The position numbers and the translations under genes are program-made. A stretch of 42,258 nt of DNA, from the IMG/VR virus record IMGVR_UViG_3300048896_000141, positions 1 to 42,258 of that record; one strand, given 5' to 3'. Positions 1 through 9,131 of this stretch are shown in pieces. This DNA is from a virus. Lineage: Duplodnaviria; Caudoviricetes. Every line of letters starts with the position of its first letter. The stretch's first letter is position 1. Below the pieces are notes generated by a model. It was not told the DNA's origin and searched no databases. It was given only the letters and a program-made list of their open reading frames with translations.

Positions 1-349
1 AATTCTTAATGATACACCAGCTCCACCAGCTCCACCAGCTCCACCAGCTCCACCAGCTCCACCAGCTCCACCAGCTCCACCAGCTCCACCAGCTCCACCA
101 GCTCCACCAGCTCCACCAGACTTATCCGAGTTCACAAAATTAATGTTGTACATTACCCCTTTATTGGAAAATACTGGAATGGGTGGAAATCTTAAACTGT
201 CCGATCTCGAAGCTTTTGCATTATCAATAAATTGTGAAGAAAAAGGCAAAGGTAAAATTGCAAAACTTCAAGAATTACCACACTTAATCCCATTGTTTTT
301 AAACTTGGTAAATGATCATGTCAATAAAAATACATCCGTCCCATGCTAG
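1..349 (+). CDS. 5'-truncated hypothetical protein with a Pro-Ala-Pro linker
   Basis: Frame +2 is open from position 2: ILNDT(PAP)x11 PDLSEFTKL, running into the listed ORF 143..349. It lies just upstream of the DUF2800 gene. Confidence 0.75.
   Translation, partial: ILNDTPAPPAPPAPPAPPAPPAPPAPPAPPAPPAPPAPPDLSEFTKLMLYITPLLENTGMGGNLKLSDLEAFALSINCEEKGKGKIAKLQELPHLIPLFLNLVNDHVNKNTSVPC
17..119 (+). repeat. Perfect 9-bp tandem repeat (CCAGCTCCA)x11 plus a partial unit
   Basis: Read directly; encodes PAP repeats in frame +2. Confidence 0.97.
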
Positions 350-1442
350 CAGCTGGATTAAATGCCCTGCGTCAGTTACGATGCAGGAAAAGTACAAGAA
401 TGAATTCATTAAGAATGATGCAGCAGAAGAGGGTACTGCGGCACACTGGGTTTCTTCACAATTATTACATGGTGATATTATTACACCCGGTGAATTCGCG
501 CCTAATGGCATTGAGGTCGATGAAGACATGGTTAATTATGCGAAAGATTACCGTGACATTATTGATGATTCTAATAGTAATGATGTTGTTGAACACATAG
601 AAGAGTTTATATCTATTCCTGACATAGCTGAGGGTTTTGGAGGTACTCCCGATTATTGGTCAGTAAATCATGCACGTAGTTTGATTCGTATTGTTGATTT
701 AAAATATGGTTTTAATGTTGTTGAACCTTTTGAGAATTGGCAAATGATTTGCTACGTGTCAGGTATTGCAAGTAAATTAAACATTCCGATGTTATTGGGA
801 AATTACAAATGGACTGTTGAAATTGTAATTTATCAACCTCGTGCTTATCATGTGGAAGGTCATTTGCGAACTTGGTCAATTTCTCTTTGTGATTTAATTC
901 CTTACATTGATAAATTACGCGCGGCATATCAGCAATTATTTTTACCTAATCCAATTGCGGTAACTGGGTCACAATGTAAATATTGTGAGGCGCGTCATGT
1001 ATGTACAACACTTCAACAATCTAATTATATTGCGATTGAATTATCTCAACGTGCTAGTGCTTTAGAACTTGATATCAATCAATCGGGTCGGGAATTATTA
1101 CAGATTGAAGCTGCATTAGAAATTTTAAAAGCACGTAAAACAGGTTTAGAATCACAGATTGAATTTGATATTTTAACGAAAGGGGTTGTGTCGCCACACT
1201 TTATGGTGGAGCGAGCAAAAACAAGAGAGAAATGGCAGGAAGGAAAAGAGCATTTCATTATTGCTTTGGGGGAAATGATAGGTAAAAATTTAGCTGCACC
1301 TGCTAAAGCATTGACACCGGTGCAATGTCGTAAATTGAAAGTTGACGATGAAATTATTAAGCAGTATAGTGTGATTCCCATCGGGGAAAATAAACTAATT
1401 AAACGAAATACTAATTTAACTAAAAAACTTTTTGGAAAGTAA
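312..1442 (+). CDS. DUF2800-family Cas4-like PD-(D/E)XK exonuclease
   Basis: N-terminal HPSHASSWIKCPAS and AAEEGTAAH, GGTPD...IVDLKYG nuclease core, QMICY, C-terminal CKYCEARHVC cysteine cluster. Confidence 0.85.
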   Translation: MIMSIKIHPSHASSWIKCPASVTMQEKYKNEFIKNDAAEEGTAAHWVSSQLLHGDIITPGEFAPNGIEVDEDMVNYAKDYRDIIDDSNSNDVVEHIEEFISIPDIAEGFGGTPDYWSVNHARSLIRIVDLKYGFNVVEPFENWQMICYVSGIASKLNIPMLLGNYKWTVEIVIYQPRAYHVEGHLRTWSISLCDLIPYIDKLRAAYQQLFLPNPIAVTGSQCKYCEARHVCTTLQQSNYIAIELSQRASALELDINQSGRELLQIEAALEILKARKTGLESQIEFDILTKGVVSPHFMVERAKTREKWQEGKEHFIIALGEMIGKNLAAPAKALTPVQCRKLKVDDEIIKQYSVIPIGENKLIKRNTNLTKKLFGK

Positions 1443-1445
1443 ATC

Positions 1446-2285
1446 ATGGCAAACGAAAAATATATCTCAGTATTATTTCCAGTCGGGCGTCTCATTCAAG
1501 GTTCGCTTTATGAACCTAATACAAAAGATTTGGAAGGTAATTTACTTACTGTAAAAAATCCTAAATCCCCATTATTTGGACAACCTCGTGTTGATTTTTA
1601 TCTCGGTGTGGCAATTCCTAAAACTCCCGGCGTAACACATTGGTCACAGGAGGTTAGTCCCAACCCTCGTATTGGTGCATGGGGTAAAAAGATTTGGGAT
1701 GCCGGTCATAGTTTTTGGGGTGAGCTTGCCAGCGCGGATGATTTTTCATGGAAAGTAACTGACGGTGATAGTACAAAATTTGATAAGTCGACTCCTCCAA
1801 AACGCACATGTGATAAACCAAATCACAAGGGTCATTGGATTGTAAGCTTTGGGGGCGCTCAGGCTCCAAAAATTGTTAATTCTGATGGTAGTGCATACAT
1901 CTTGGAAAAAGACGCTGTAAAGCGCGGCTATTTTATCCAAGTTAATGCTAATTTGACGACCAATGGAAGTAATGTCAATCGCGGTATTAAGATGTATCAT
2001 AATGCTGTTAGTTTCCAATATCCCGGTGAAGAAATCACGACTGGGATTGACCCTGCTAGTTTAGGATTTGGTGATGGTTCTGCGCCTGTTGCGGCTGCAC
2101 CATTTCCACAATTTGCTCCACATGTTGTAGCAATACCTCCAACTCCACCTGCACCACCTATAGTTCCTAATCATGGTTTTGTAAATGAATCGCCGACTAG
2201 GCTATTAAAAAATGGTGCAACGTATGATAGTCATATTGCAGTAGGTTGGACTGAGGCAAGTTTGACGGCGGCTGGATTGTTGTAA
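1446..2285 (+). CDS. DUF2815-like single-stranded DNA-binding protein
   Basis: FPVGRLIQGSL start, FSWKVTDGDS, Pro-rich linker and GATY...GWTE..L..AG tail; usual position next to DUF2800. Confidence 0.75.
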   Translation: MANEKYISVLFPVGRLIQGSLYEPNTKDLEGNLLTVKNPKSPLFGQPRVDFYLGVAIPKTPGVTHWSQEVSPNPRIGAWGKKIWDAGHSFWGELASADDFSWKVTDGDSTKFDKSTPPKRTCDKPNHKGHWIVSFGGAQAPKIVNSDGSAYILEKDAVKRGYFIQVNANLTTNGSNVNRGIKMYHNAVSFQYPGEEITTGIDPASLGFGDGSAPVAAAPFPQFAPHVVAIPPTPPAPPIVPNHGFVNESPTRLLKNGATYDSHIAVGWTEASLTAAGLL

Positions 2286-2292
2286 AATTTTC

Positions 2293-2401
2293 GGAAAGTT
2301 GGCAGAGAGGTTTAATGCGCCGGTAGTGAGAATAACCCACACTATATTAACGGGTCTCGTTGGGTCGAGACCGTAAGTTCAAATCTTACACTTCCCAACC
2401 A
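2293..2401 (+). ncRNA. tRNA-like RNA (class II, tRNA-Ser-like scaffold) with an expanded anticodon arm
   Basis: Acceptor GGAAAGT/ACTTCCC (one mismatch); D arm GCA-GAGAGGTTTAA-TGC; long variable arm GTCTCG-TTGGGT-CGAGAC; T arm GTAAG-TTCAAAT-CTTAC; encoded CCA at 2399-2401; 24 nt instead of 7 between the anticodon stem halves. Confidence 0.75.
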
Positions 2402-2416
2402 TCTTAAGGAATTCAC

Positions 2417-5233
2417 ATGGACTTATATCAGTCATTTATTGCGAAGTCACGCTATGCTCGTTATCTACCCGAAGAAAATAGACGTGAAGAATGGGTAGAA
2501 ACTGTTGCGCGATATTTTGATTTTTTTGAAAAGCATCTTAAGAAAAATAATAATTACACACTTACTTCTAAATTGCGTAAAGAGTTAGAAGATGCTGTTG
2601 TCAATCTCGAAGTGATGCCCTCCATGCGATGTTTAATGACGGCAGGAAAAGCATTAGAACGCAATAATATTGCTGGCTATAACTGCAGTTATTTAGCAGT
2701 TGATGATCCAAAATCTTTTGATGAAGCAATGATGATTTTACTTTGTGGAACAGGTGTAGGTTTCAGCGTAGAACGTCAAGATATTGCAAAACTTCCTTTA
2801 ATTCCTAATGACTGGACTTCCGGTAGTCACATAAAAGTTGGTGATAGTAAGGAGGGTTGGGTTAAAGCTTTACGTCTTCTTATTACCAATTTGTATAAAG
2901 GTCGTAAGCCAACGTGGGACGTGTCAGCAGTTCGTCCGGCAGGTACACCACTTAAAACTTTTGGTGGCCGTGCAAGTGGTCCTGAACCATTAGTAGAATT
3001 GTTTGAATTTGTAATTTCTACTTTTAAAGAAGCAAAAGGGGGACGTTTAAACAGTCTTCAATGTCATGACATCATGTGCAAAATAGGGGAAACTGTTGTT
3101 GTTGGAGGAGTTCGACGTTCTGCAATGATTAGTTTGAGTAACCTATCTGACAGGCGCATGCAAGGGGCCAAAATGGGCGCGTGGTGGGAAAAATCTCCAC
3201 AGCGTGCATTGGCTAATAATTCCATTTGTTATACAGAAAAACCAGATGTGAATGCATTCATGAAAGAATGGTTAGCTCTTTATGAAAGCAAATCAGGCGA
3301 ACGTGGAATTTTTAATCGTGTAGCTAGCGAAAAGCAAGTATTAAAAAATGGAAGACGTAAAGGTGGGTACGCTTGGGGAACCAACCCTTGCTGTTTTACT
3401 GGCGATATGAAACTTTTAACTGATAAGGGTTACATGTCCTTTTTTGAATTATCTGGAAAAGATGTAAATATAATAAATGATAATGGTGATGTGAGTTTTG
3501 GTAAAGTTTGGTCATCAGATATAAAAGAAATAGTAGAAGTTAAATTTTTAAATGGGATGAAATCAATTAAATGTACCCCAGATCATATTTTCAAATTAAA
3601 TAATTCTGAAGAATGTCAAGCAAGAGATTTACAAGGTAAAAGATTAAAACCATTTTTTAAATTAAAAAAAGAATTTGACAGAGAAAGTTTTTTCGCCGGA
3701 TTTATTCAAGGTGATGGTGCAATTAATAGATTAAGTTCTAAAGATCATAAAGGTCTTGAAATTTATATTGGAGAAAAAGATAAAGATGTTGGTGACTTAT
3801 TGGGGTTTGATATAGGGACTCATTATTCTAGAGAGGCTCATTCAATTGCTACAAAATATAAATTACATCCCAGTACTTTACCATCTAGAAATTTACCTGA
3901 AATTATGGATACTGATTTTATTTCAGGTTTATATAGTGCAAACGGATGTATTATAAAAGGACACAGGATAGCTTTTAAATCCACTTGTGAAGAATTAATT
4001 TTCCAATTACAAGATCATTTGAAAGGAATTTATAATATCGATTCTTACATAACGATTAATAAACCTACTGAGGTTAAATTTTCAAATGGTTCTTACTTAT
4101 GTAAAAAAAGTTACGATTTAAATATTTCAAAAAGAGAAGACATTACAAAATTTTCTGAAAATATTTCATTTGCACAAAAATATAAACAAGATGATTTGAC
4201 CAATTTAATTTTATTAAAAGCACCTTATGTTTGTTCAGTTAAAAAATTAGGACAAGAGGAAGTTTTTGATTTTACTGAACCAAAAAATCATTGGGGTATT
4301 GTTGAAGGCGTTATTGTTCATAATTCAGAAATAATATTACGCCCAGAACAATTTTGTAACTTGTCGGAAGTGGTTGTGCGTTCGAATGACACTTTAAAAT
4401 CATTATTGCGCAAAGTAGAACTTGCTACAATATTGGGTACGTTTCAAAGTACTTTAATAAACCTCCCTTACCTTAGAAAAGTTTGGACAAAAAACACTGA
4501 GGAAGAAAGATTACTTGGTGTAAGTCTTACCGGAATTATGGATAATAAAATGATGGTTGATAACTCTAGAGGTAATTTGGCATCATGTTTAAAAAGTTTA
4601 AAAGTTAAAGCTATTCAAACTAATGCATCTTTAGCTAAAGAATTAGGAATTCCACAAAGTGCAGCAATAAATTGCGTTAAACCCTCCGGTACGGTGAGTC
4701 AACTTGTGGACAGTGCTAGCGGTATTCACACGCGGCATGCACCTTATTATATACGTCGCGTAAGAGGCGATATTAAAGACCCTTTGACACAATTCTTAAT
4801 TGATAAAGGTGTGGATCATGAACCCTGCGTGATGAAACCTAACAACACAGTTGTATTTTCATTTCCTAAAAAAGCACCTGAGGGAGCATTGATAAATATC
4901 ACTGCGATTGAACATCTTGAACTTTGGTTGACTTACCAACGTGAATGGTGTGAGCATAAACCAAGTATTACGGTATCAGTTAAGGAAAATGAATGGCCGG
5001 AAGTAGGTGCGTGGGTTTGGAATCATTTTGATGAAGTTAGTGGCATATCATTCTTACCAGATGACGGGGGAAGTTATCGTCAAGCACCCTACGAAGAAAT
5101 TGATAAAGTTAAATATGAAGAAATGTTTGCACGTTCAATTAAAGAAATTGATTGGTCACAAATGAAAGAAATTTCTGATACTACTGAAGGTACACAAACT
5201 TTGGCTTGTACTGGTGGGAGCTGCGAGATATGA
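2417..5233 (+). CDS. nrdJ: Class II (adenosylcobalamin-dependent) ribonucleotide reductase, intein-containing
   Basis: GYNCSY, GGVRRSA, GTNPC...SEIILRP.QFCNLSE, CVKPSGTVSQL and the C-terminal ACTGGSCEI redox pair; no small subunit gene nearby. Confidence 0.93.
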   Translation: MDLYQSFIAKSRYARYLPEENRREEWVETVARYFDFFEKHLKKNNNYTLTSKLRKELEDAVVNLEVMPSMRCLMTAGKALERNNIAGYNCSYLAVDDPKSFDEAMMILLCGTGVGFSVERQDIAKLPLIPNDWTSGSHIKVGDSKEGWVKALRLLITNLYKGRKPTWDVSAVRPAGTPLKTFGGRASGPEPLVELFEFVISTFKEAKGGRLNSLQCHDIMCKIGETVVVGGVRRSAMISLSNLSDRRMQGAKMGAWWEKSPQRALANNSICYTEKPDVNAFMKEWLALYESKSGERGIFNRVASEKQVLKNGRRKGGYAWGTNPCCFTGDMKLLTDKGYMSFFELSGKDVNIINDNGDVSFGKVWSSDIKEIVEVKFLNGMKSIKCTPDHIFKLNNSEECQARDLQGKRLKPFFKLKKEFDRESFFAGFIQGDGAINRLSSKDHKGLEIYIGEKDKDVGDLLGFDIGTHYSREAHSIATKYKLHPSTLPSRNLPEIMDTDFISGLYSANGCIIKGHRIAFKSTCEELIFQLQDHLKGIYNIDSYITINKPTEVKFSNGSYLCKKSYDLNISKREDITKFSENISFAQKYKQDDLTNLILLKAPYVCSVKKLGQEEVFDFTEPKNHWGIVEGVIVHNSEIILRPEQFCNLSEVVVRSNDTLKSLLRKVELATILGTFQSTLINLPYLRKVWTKNTEEERLLGVSLTGIMDNKMMVDNSRGNLASCLKSLKVKAIQTNASLAKELGIPQSAAINCVKPSGTVSQLVDSASGIHTRHAPYYIRRVRGDIKDPLTQFLIDKGVDHEPCVMKPNNTVVFSFPKKAPEGALINITAIEHLELWLTYQREWCEHKPSITVSVKENEWPEVGAWVWNHFDEVSGISFLPDDGGSYRQAPYEEIDKVKYEEMFARSIKEIDWSQMKEISDTTEGTQTLACTGGSCEI
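3392..4324 (+). mobile_element. Intein (311 aa) with LAGLIDADG homing endonuclease
   Basis: Starts CFTGDMKLLT; block B IKCTPDHIF; LAGLIDADG-like FFAGFIQGDG and FISGLYSANG; ends EVFDFT...VIVHN followed by Ser. Removal restores GTNPCSEIILRP. Confidence 0.93.
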
Positions 5234-5475
5234 AAACATTTAAAAGTACATTAACTGATCAAGAAATAGCGGCTGTTTATGGATCAACAGGTTGTGATGG
5301 TTATACTTTTTCACCTGAAGCATATAGAGCAATTGCAGATGCAGCTGCACATAAAGCAATTGAAAATTTTTTATATTTGATAAATCATCATAAAGGTGGT
5401 CAGTGTCAAGAAATTGGCGATATTTTTGATTTATTGAGAGATTTAGAATTAGAGATTAAAGAATGGACAATATAA
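5230..5475 (+). CDS. Hypothetical protein
   Basis: ATG at 5230 overlaps the nrdJ stop (ATGA); its stop abuts the polymerase start. Confidence 0.7.
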   Translation: MKTFKSTLTDQEIAAVYGSTGCDGYTFSPEAYRAIADAAAHKAIENFLYLINHHKGGQCQEIGDIFDLLRDLELEIKEWTI

Positions 5476-7458
5476 ATGGATAAACCCATTCTAATTTTTG
5501 ACACAGAGTGTTATCGTAATTATTGGCTTATCAAATTTTATAACCCTGCTTTGCCGGGGGTTGCGGTTTGTAAATTTGAACTGCAAGATAGTAATCGATT
5601 GGATACAGAGGGTTTATATAACCTTCTGTCCAATCACACTGTCATAGGTTTTAACTCGATACATTATGACGTTCCAATGTTGACTTACGCCATGTCTGGT
5701 GCAACCTGTCACCAGTTAAAAGAAGCATCCGACATGATCATCAAAGGCGGTTTAAAATATTGGGAATTTTATCAATATTTTAATCTGGATAAACCAAATT
5801 ATATAGATTCCATTGATATTAAAGAAGTTTTAAAGGGGGTCAACGTATCTTTGAAAACCTACGGTGGGCGTTTGCATTCTAAAAAATTGCAAGATTTGCC
5901 AATTCATCCCGATATAGTTTTAACGCATGAACAAATGATCGAAATTGATCATTACTGTACTAATGATCTAATTACAACGTACGACGCATATCTTGAATGC
6001 AAACCACAAATTGATCTACGCATCAAAATGTCTGAAGTATATGGGACTGATTTGCGATCAAAGAGCGATGCTCAAATTGCTGAAGCAATTATCAAAGCTC
6101 AATTAGGGTTTGTACCCGAACGACCTGTTTGGCATAATATGACATCATTTAAATATGTAGCACCTACTTTTATTAGCTTTCATGATAATAAGTATATGCA
6201 AGATATTCTTGATTTAGTTCAAGCAGCTACGTTTTACACATCAGATAAAGAACAAGGTGGGGAAACAACAGGTGTGATAATCCCTGATGAAATTAAAAAT
6301 CTCATTGTCACAATTGGTACTACAAATTATAAAATGGGTATTGGTGGATTGCATTCGATGGAAGAATCCGTGCATTATATTGCAAACTCTACATTTAGTA
6401 TTTGTGATGCTGATGTTACTAGTTATTATCCCTCTTTAATTTTGATTTGTGGAATGTATCCTAAACAATTAGGGGAACGATTCATTAGCATTTACAAAGA
6501 AATTTATGATGATAGATTGATTGCTAAAAAAGAAGGTAGAAAAGTAGAATCTGAATGCGGGAAAATTATTTTAAACGGTTTCTATGGAAAACTAGGTTCT
6601 AAATATTCTATTTTATACGCGCCTGATTTAATGTTGCAAGTTACTCTGACTGGGCAATTATCAATATTGATGTTGATTTGTATGTTAGAGAAAGCAGGAA
6701 TAAAAGTAATGTCAGCAAACACTGATGGTGTTGTGATGTTGTGTCCGGCGAGTTATGAATTTATGCGCGACCAAATTATTAGCTATTGGGAAACGCGTAC
6801 TGGTTTAGGAATGGAATATACAAATTACAAAGCAATTTACAATCGTGATGTTAATTCATATGTTGCAATCAAACCTGATGGCAGTCACAAATGTAAAGGG
6901 TTATTTGCAGAACCTGCTGTAGATAAAAATCCACAGAATCATATTTCAATTGTGGCGGCAATTGAGTATTTAAAAAATGGCACACCACTTTACGACACTA
7001 TCATATCGTGTAAAGACATTAGAGAGTTCTTAATTGTGAGAAATGTTAAAGGGGGTGCAGTTCATGTTGGATATTCCCCTCTTCCAATACATGAAACAAA
7101 AGAACAATTGATTAGCGTGGCAGGGTTTATGCAAGTACCTATGATTCATCCTAAAGTTAGATACTTTAAAGGTACTGAAGCTAAAGAATATACTCTCGGG
7201 GCGGCCTACAAACTAGCATGTGAACAACTGCAAAAAGGTTATACCACTCCCGTATTAGGTAAAGTTGTTAGGTATTATTATACTGTTGGTGAGCTTGGTA
7301 ATCTTGCATATGCAACGAATGGTAATAAGGTTCCTATGAGTGAGGGTGCGCGACCATTGATGGAATTGCCGGAAACTTTACCTAATGATATCAATTACGA
7401 TAAATATGTGAAAATCGCAAAAGATATCTTGACATCGGTGTCAATTACTGTAGACTAG
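5476..7458 (+). CDS. Phage family-B-type DNA polymerase with 3'-5' exonuclease domain
   Basis: Exo motifs FDTE, GFNSIHYD, YCTND; polymerase motifs DVTSYYPSL, KIILNGFYGK, NTDG. Confidence 0.9.
   Translation: MDKPILIFDTECYRNYWLIKFYNPALPGVAVCKFELQDSNRLDTEGLYNLLSNHTVIGFNSIHYDVPMLTYAMSGATCHQLKEASDMIIKGGLKYWEFYQYFNLDKPNYIDSIDIKEVLKGVNVSLKTYGGRLHSKKLQDLPIHPDIVLTHEQMIEIDHYCTNDLITTYDAYLECKPQIDLRIKMSEVYGTDLRSKSDAQIAEAIIKAQLGFVPERPVWHNMTSFKYVAPTFISFHDNKYMQDILDLVQAATFYTSDKEQGGETTGVIIPDEIKNLIVTIGTTNYKMGIGGLHSMEESVHYIANSTFSICDADVTSYYPSLILICGMYPKQLGERFISIYKEIYDDRLIAKKEGRKVESECGKIILNGFYGKLGSKYSILYAPDLMLQVTLTGQLSILMLICMLEKAGIKVMSANTDGVVMLCPASYEFMRDQIISYWETRTGLGMEYTNYKAIYNRDVNSYVAIKPDGSHKCKGLFAEPAVDKNPQNHISIVAAIEYLKNGTPLYDTIISCKDIREFLIVRNVKGGAVHVGYSPLPIHETKEQLISVAGFMQVPMIHPKVRYFKGTEAKEYTLGAAYKLACEQLQKGYTTPVLGKVVRYYYTVGELGNLAYATNGNKVPMSEGARPLMELPETLPNDINYDKYVKIAKDILTSVSITVD
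7429..7456 (+). promoter_or_regulatory. Sigma70-type early promoter
   Basis: TTGACA (7429-7434), 16 bp, TAGACT (7451-7456); very similar to the promoter at 8644. Confidence 0.65.
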
Positions 7459-7489
7459 CCATATCGAAACAGTTTTAAGGAGAGCTAAC

Positions 7490-7636
7490 ATGATTATTTA
7501 CTCAATGGCTGAAATAACAGGTACCGATAGACCATTAGCATACATTAGATTAACTGCTAATAATCGTAAAGATGCATGTATTCAAGCTAGAAAAATTGCA
7601 GAGATTTTGGGCTATGAAGCTTATGTTGTTCACTAA
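7490..7636 (+). CDS. 48-aa hypothetical protein (not in the ORF track)
   Basis: Strong RBS TAAGGAG then ATG; MIIYSMAEITGTDRPLAYIRLTANNRKDACIQARKIAEILGYEAYVVH. Confidence 0.75.
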   Translation: MIIYSMAEITGTDRPLAYIRLTANNRKDACIQARKIAEILGYEAYVVH

Positions 7637-7647
7637 GGAGAGCTAAC

Positions 7648-7869
7648 ATGTTAAACGAAACCGGTATAGCACTTTTAAAAGACTTCCTGATTAACAACCA
7701 TCATGACGGTCTTAATATTGTAAAAGATGACGATTATTTATCAATCTTTAAAGATGCTGTGGAGTTGAATTTAAATGATCACCATGTTGCATTTTTAAGA
7801 TTGGAAGAAAATGAAATTTCTGAAGGTGGGTGCTATCTGTTTCATGTTCCTGCGCACGGTTATGAATAA
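7648..7869 (+). CDS. Hypothetical protein
   Basis: Preceded by the same TAAGGAGAGCTAAC RBS. Confidence 0.75.
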   Translation: MLNETGIALLKDFLINNHHDGLNIVKDDDYLSIFKDAVELNLNDHHVAFLRLEENEISEGGCYLFHVPAHGYE

Positions 7870-8086
7870 TTTAATATTTTATACACCTATAAATATTACT
7901 TCAGGTATTAAGGTCGTTGAGGACGAAGTATCTTGGCAAATTTGGGTAGTGTATCATTCATCAAATCAGTCTTATATAAAAGAATCTGTTCCGAAAACAT
8001 GGCTTTCAAAAGAAGACGTAATTAAGCAGGCGCGCTGGTATGTTCAATATGAAAAGGATAAAGGTACAGGCAATGAATCTATTTAA
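7862..8086 (+). CDS. Hypothetical protein
   Basis: Start trimmed to MNNLIFY, overlapping the previous stop. Confidence 0.6.
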   Translation: MNNLIFYTPINITSGIKVVEDEVSWQIWVVYHSSNQSYIKESVPKTWLSKEDVIKQARWYVQYEKDKGTGNESI

Positions 8087-8390
8087 ACGCTTACTTGGTT
8101 GTAAAACAGATGTTGAAATACTTACTGAGATAAGAAATAATATTGCGTCAGGTAGGGCAGAAACATTAAGTGGGGCTTTTGAATTATGCGATTGGTCACG
8201 GTTAAATATCTATCGGGTTAATTTATTATCAGGGTGGAGTGTTGCTCATATCGAACCCTACGGATCAATCAGAAGAATGTTCATTAAATTAACCGGAATT
8301 GATAACCCATCAGACGCACAATTGAAACTGTATCGCGTACGTTGGTTAAACCATTTGATTAATTATTGTGAAAAAGAGGTTTCAAAATGA
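8073..8390 (+). CDS. Hypothetical protein
   Basis: Start trimmed to MNLFKRLLG; tightly packed in the cassette. Confidence 0.65.
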   Translation: MNLFKRLLGCKTDVEILTEIRNNIASGRAETLSGAFELCDWSRLNIYRVNLLSGWSVAHIEPYGSIRRMFIKLTGIDNPSDAQLKLYRVRWLNHLINYCEKEVSK

Positions 8391-8640
8391 ATAGATTAAC
8401 TGTGCTGATAGGTGTATTAATTTTATTTTTCGTTGTTATGTTTCTAAATTGGGAACTTTATAAGTTAAATAAACAATACTCAGAATTACAAAAATAAATG
8501 ATAAAACTTTATCTCAATTGAAATATACAGTGGGGGAATATCAAGATTTATCACAAAAATACATGGTACTTTATCAAAAACGTCAACTTGGTTCAAATTG
8601 CTGGACTAAGGCGACTTGGTTTGAATATGCTAAGAAATAG
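8387..8640 (+). pseudogene. Small membrane-anchored protein split by a -1 frameshift (or a sequence indel)
   Basis: ATG 8387 after GAGG gives a hydrophobic helix and stops at 8495-8497. The -1 frame stays open from the A5 run at 8490-8494 to TAG 8638-8640. Confidence 0.5.
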
Positions 8641-8643
8641 TTC

Positions 8644-8671
8644 TTGACATCCCTGTTAATAAGAGTAAAAT
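8644..8671 (+). promoter_or_regulatory. Sigma70-type early promoter
   Basis: TTGACA (8644-8649), 16 bp, TAAAAT (8666-8671), in an intergenic gap. Confidence 0.75.
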
Positions 8672-8703
8672 GAATTCATCGACAAAGCAAACAGGGGAAC
8701 AAA

Positions 8704-8895
8704 ATGAGCATAGCTACCCAGTTAAAAACTACAAACACCGACACTTTTGAAATGTTTAAAAAAATGGTAAGTTTGTATGTTGATGCAATCATTGATAGAA
8801 AATCAGCAACTTCAATTTATATTTTTTCAGATGGAAGTAGTTTGAAAATTACTGACACTATTAATAACACTGTTAAAATTGAGGTGATATCATGA
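8704..8895 (+). CDS. Hypothetical protein
   Basis: RBS AGGGGA; first gene after the promoter. Confidence 0.7.
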   Translation: MSIATQLKTTNTDTFEMFKKMVSLYVDAIIDRKSATSIYIFSDGSSLKITDTINNTVKIEVIS

Positions 8896-9119
8896 AAACC
8901 CCTTGGTATTATTCTAATTGTGTAAAGAAGTTAAAACCAACATGGATAGTTAGAGCTTTTCCTAAAGATTGGGAGTCTAAACAAAAATATTTTGAATATT
9001 CTGGAAGTTTCCGTAATTATAATTTAGAAAAAGAATTAGATTTATTTTTTAGTAAAGGTATTGTTTGTGATGTTCAATTTAGTAACGGGGCTGCAAACTT
9101 TCAATACATTTGCGAATAA
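8892..9119 (+). CDS. Hypothetical protein
   Basis: RBS GAGGTG; ATGA overlap. Confidence 0.7.
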   Translation: MKTPWYYSNCVKKLKPTWIVRAFPKDWESKQKYFEYSGSFRNYNLEKELDLFFSKGIVCDVQFSNGAANFQYICE

Positions 9120-9131
9120 GGGGCAATTATC

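Noticed and set aside
299-2018. - strand ORFs opposite the DUF2800 and SSB genes
   Set aside because: Antisense shadows with no independent evidence.
2339-2354. NrdR box (ACACTATAT...) inside the tRNA-like insert upstream of nrdJ
   Set aside because: Only the left half resembles the palindromic consensus and no second box is visible.
2293-2401. The tRNA-like RNA as a frameshift suppressor for the terL, HNH and 8490 breaks, or as attP
   Set aside because: The breaks need different shift directions and codons, the loop lacks U33, and no integrase is present in the window.
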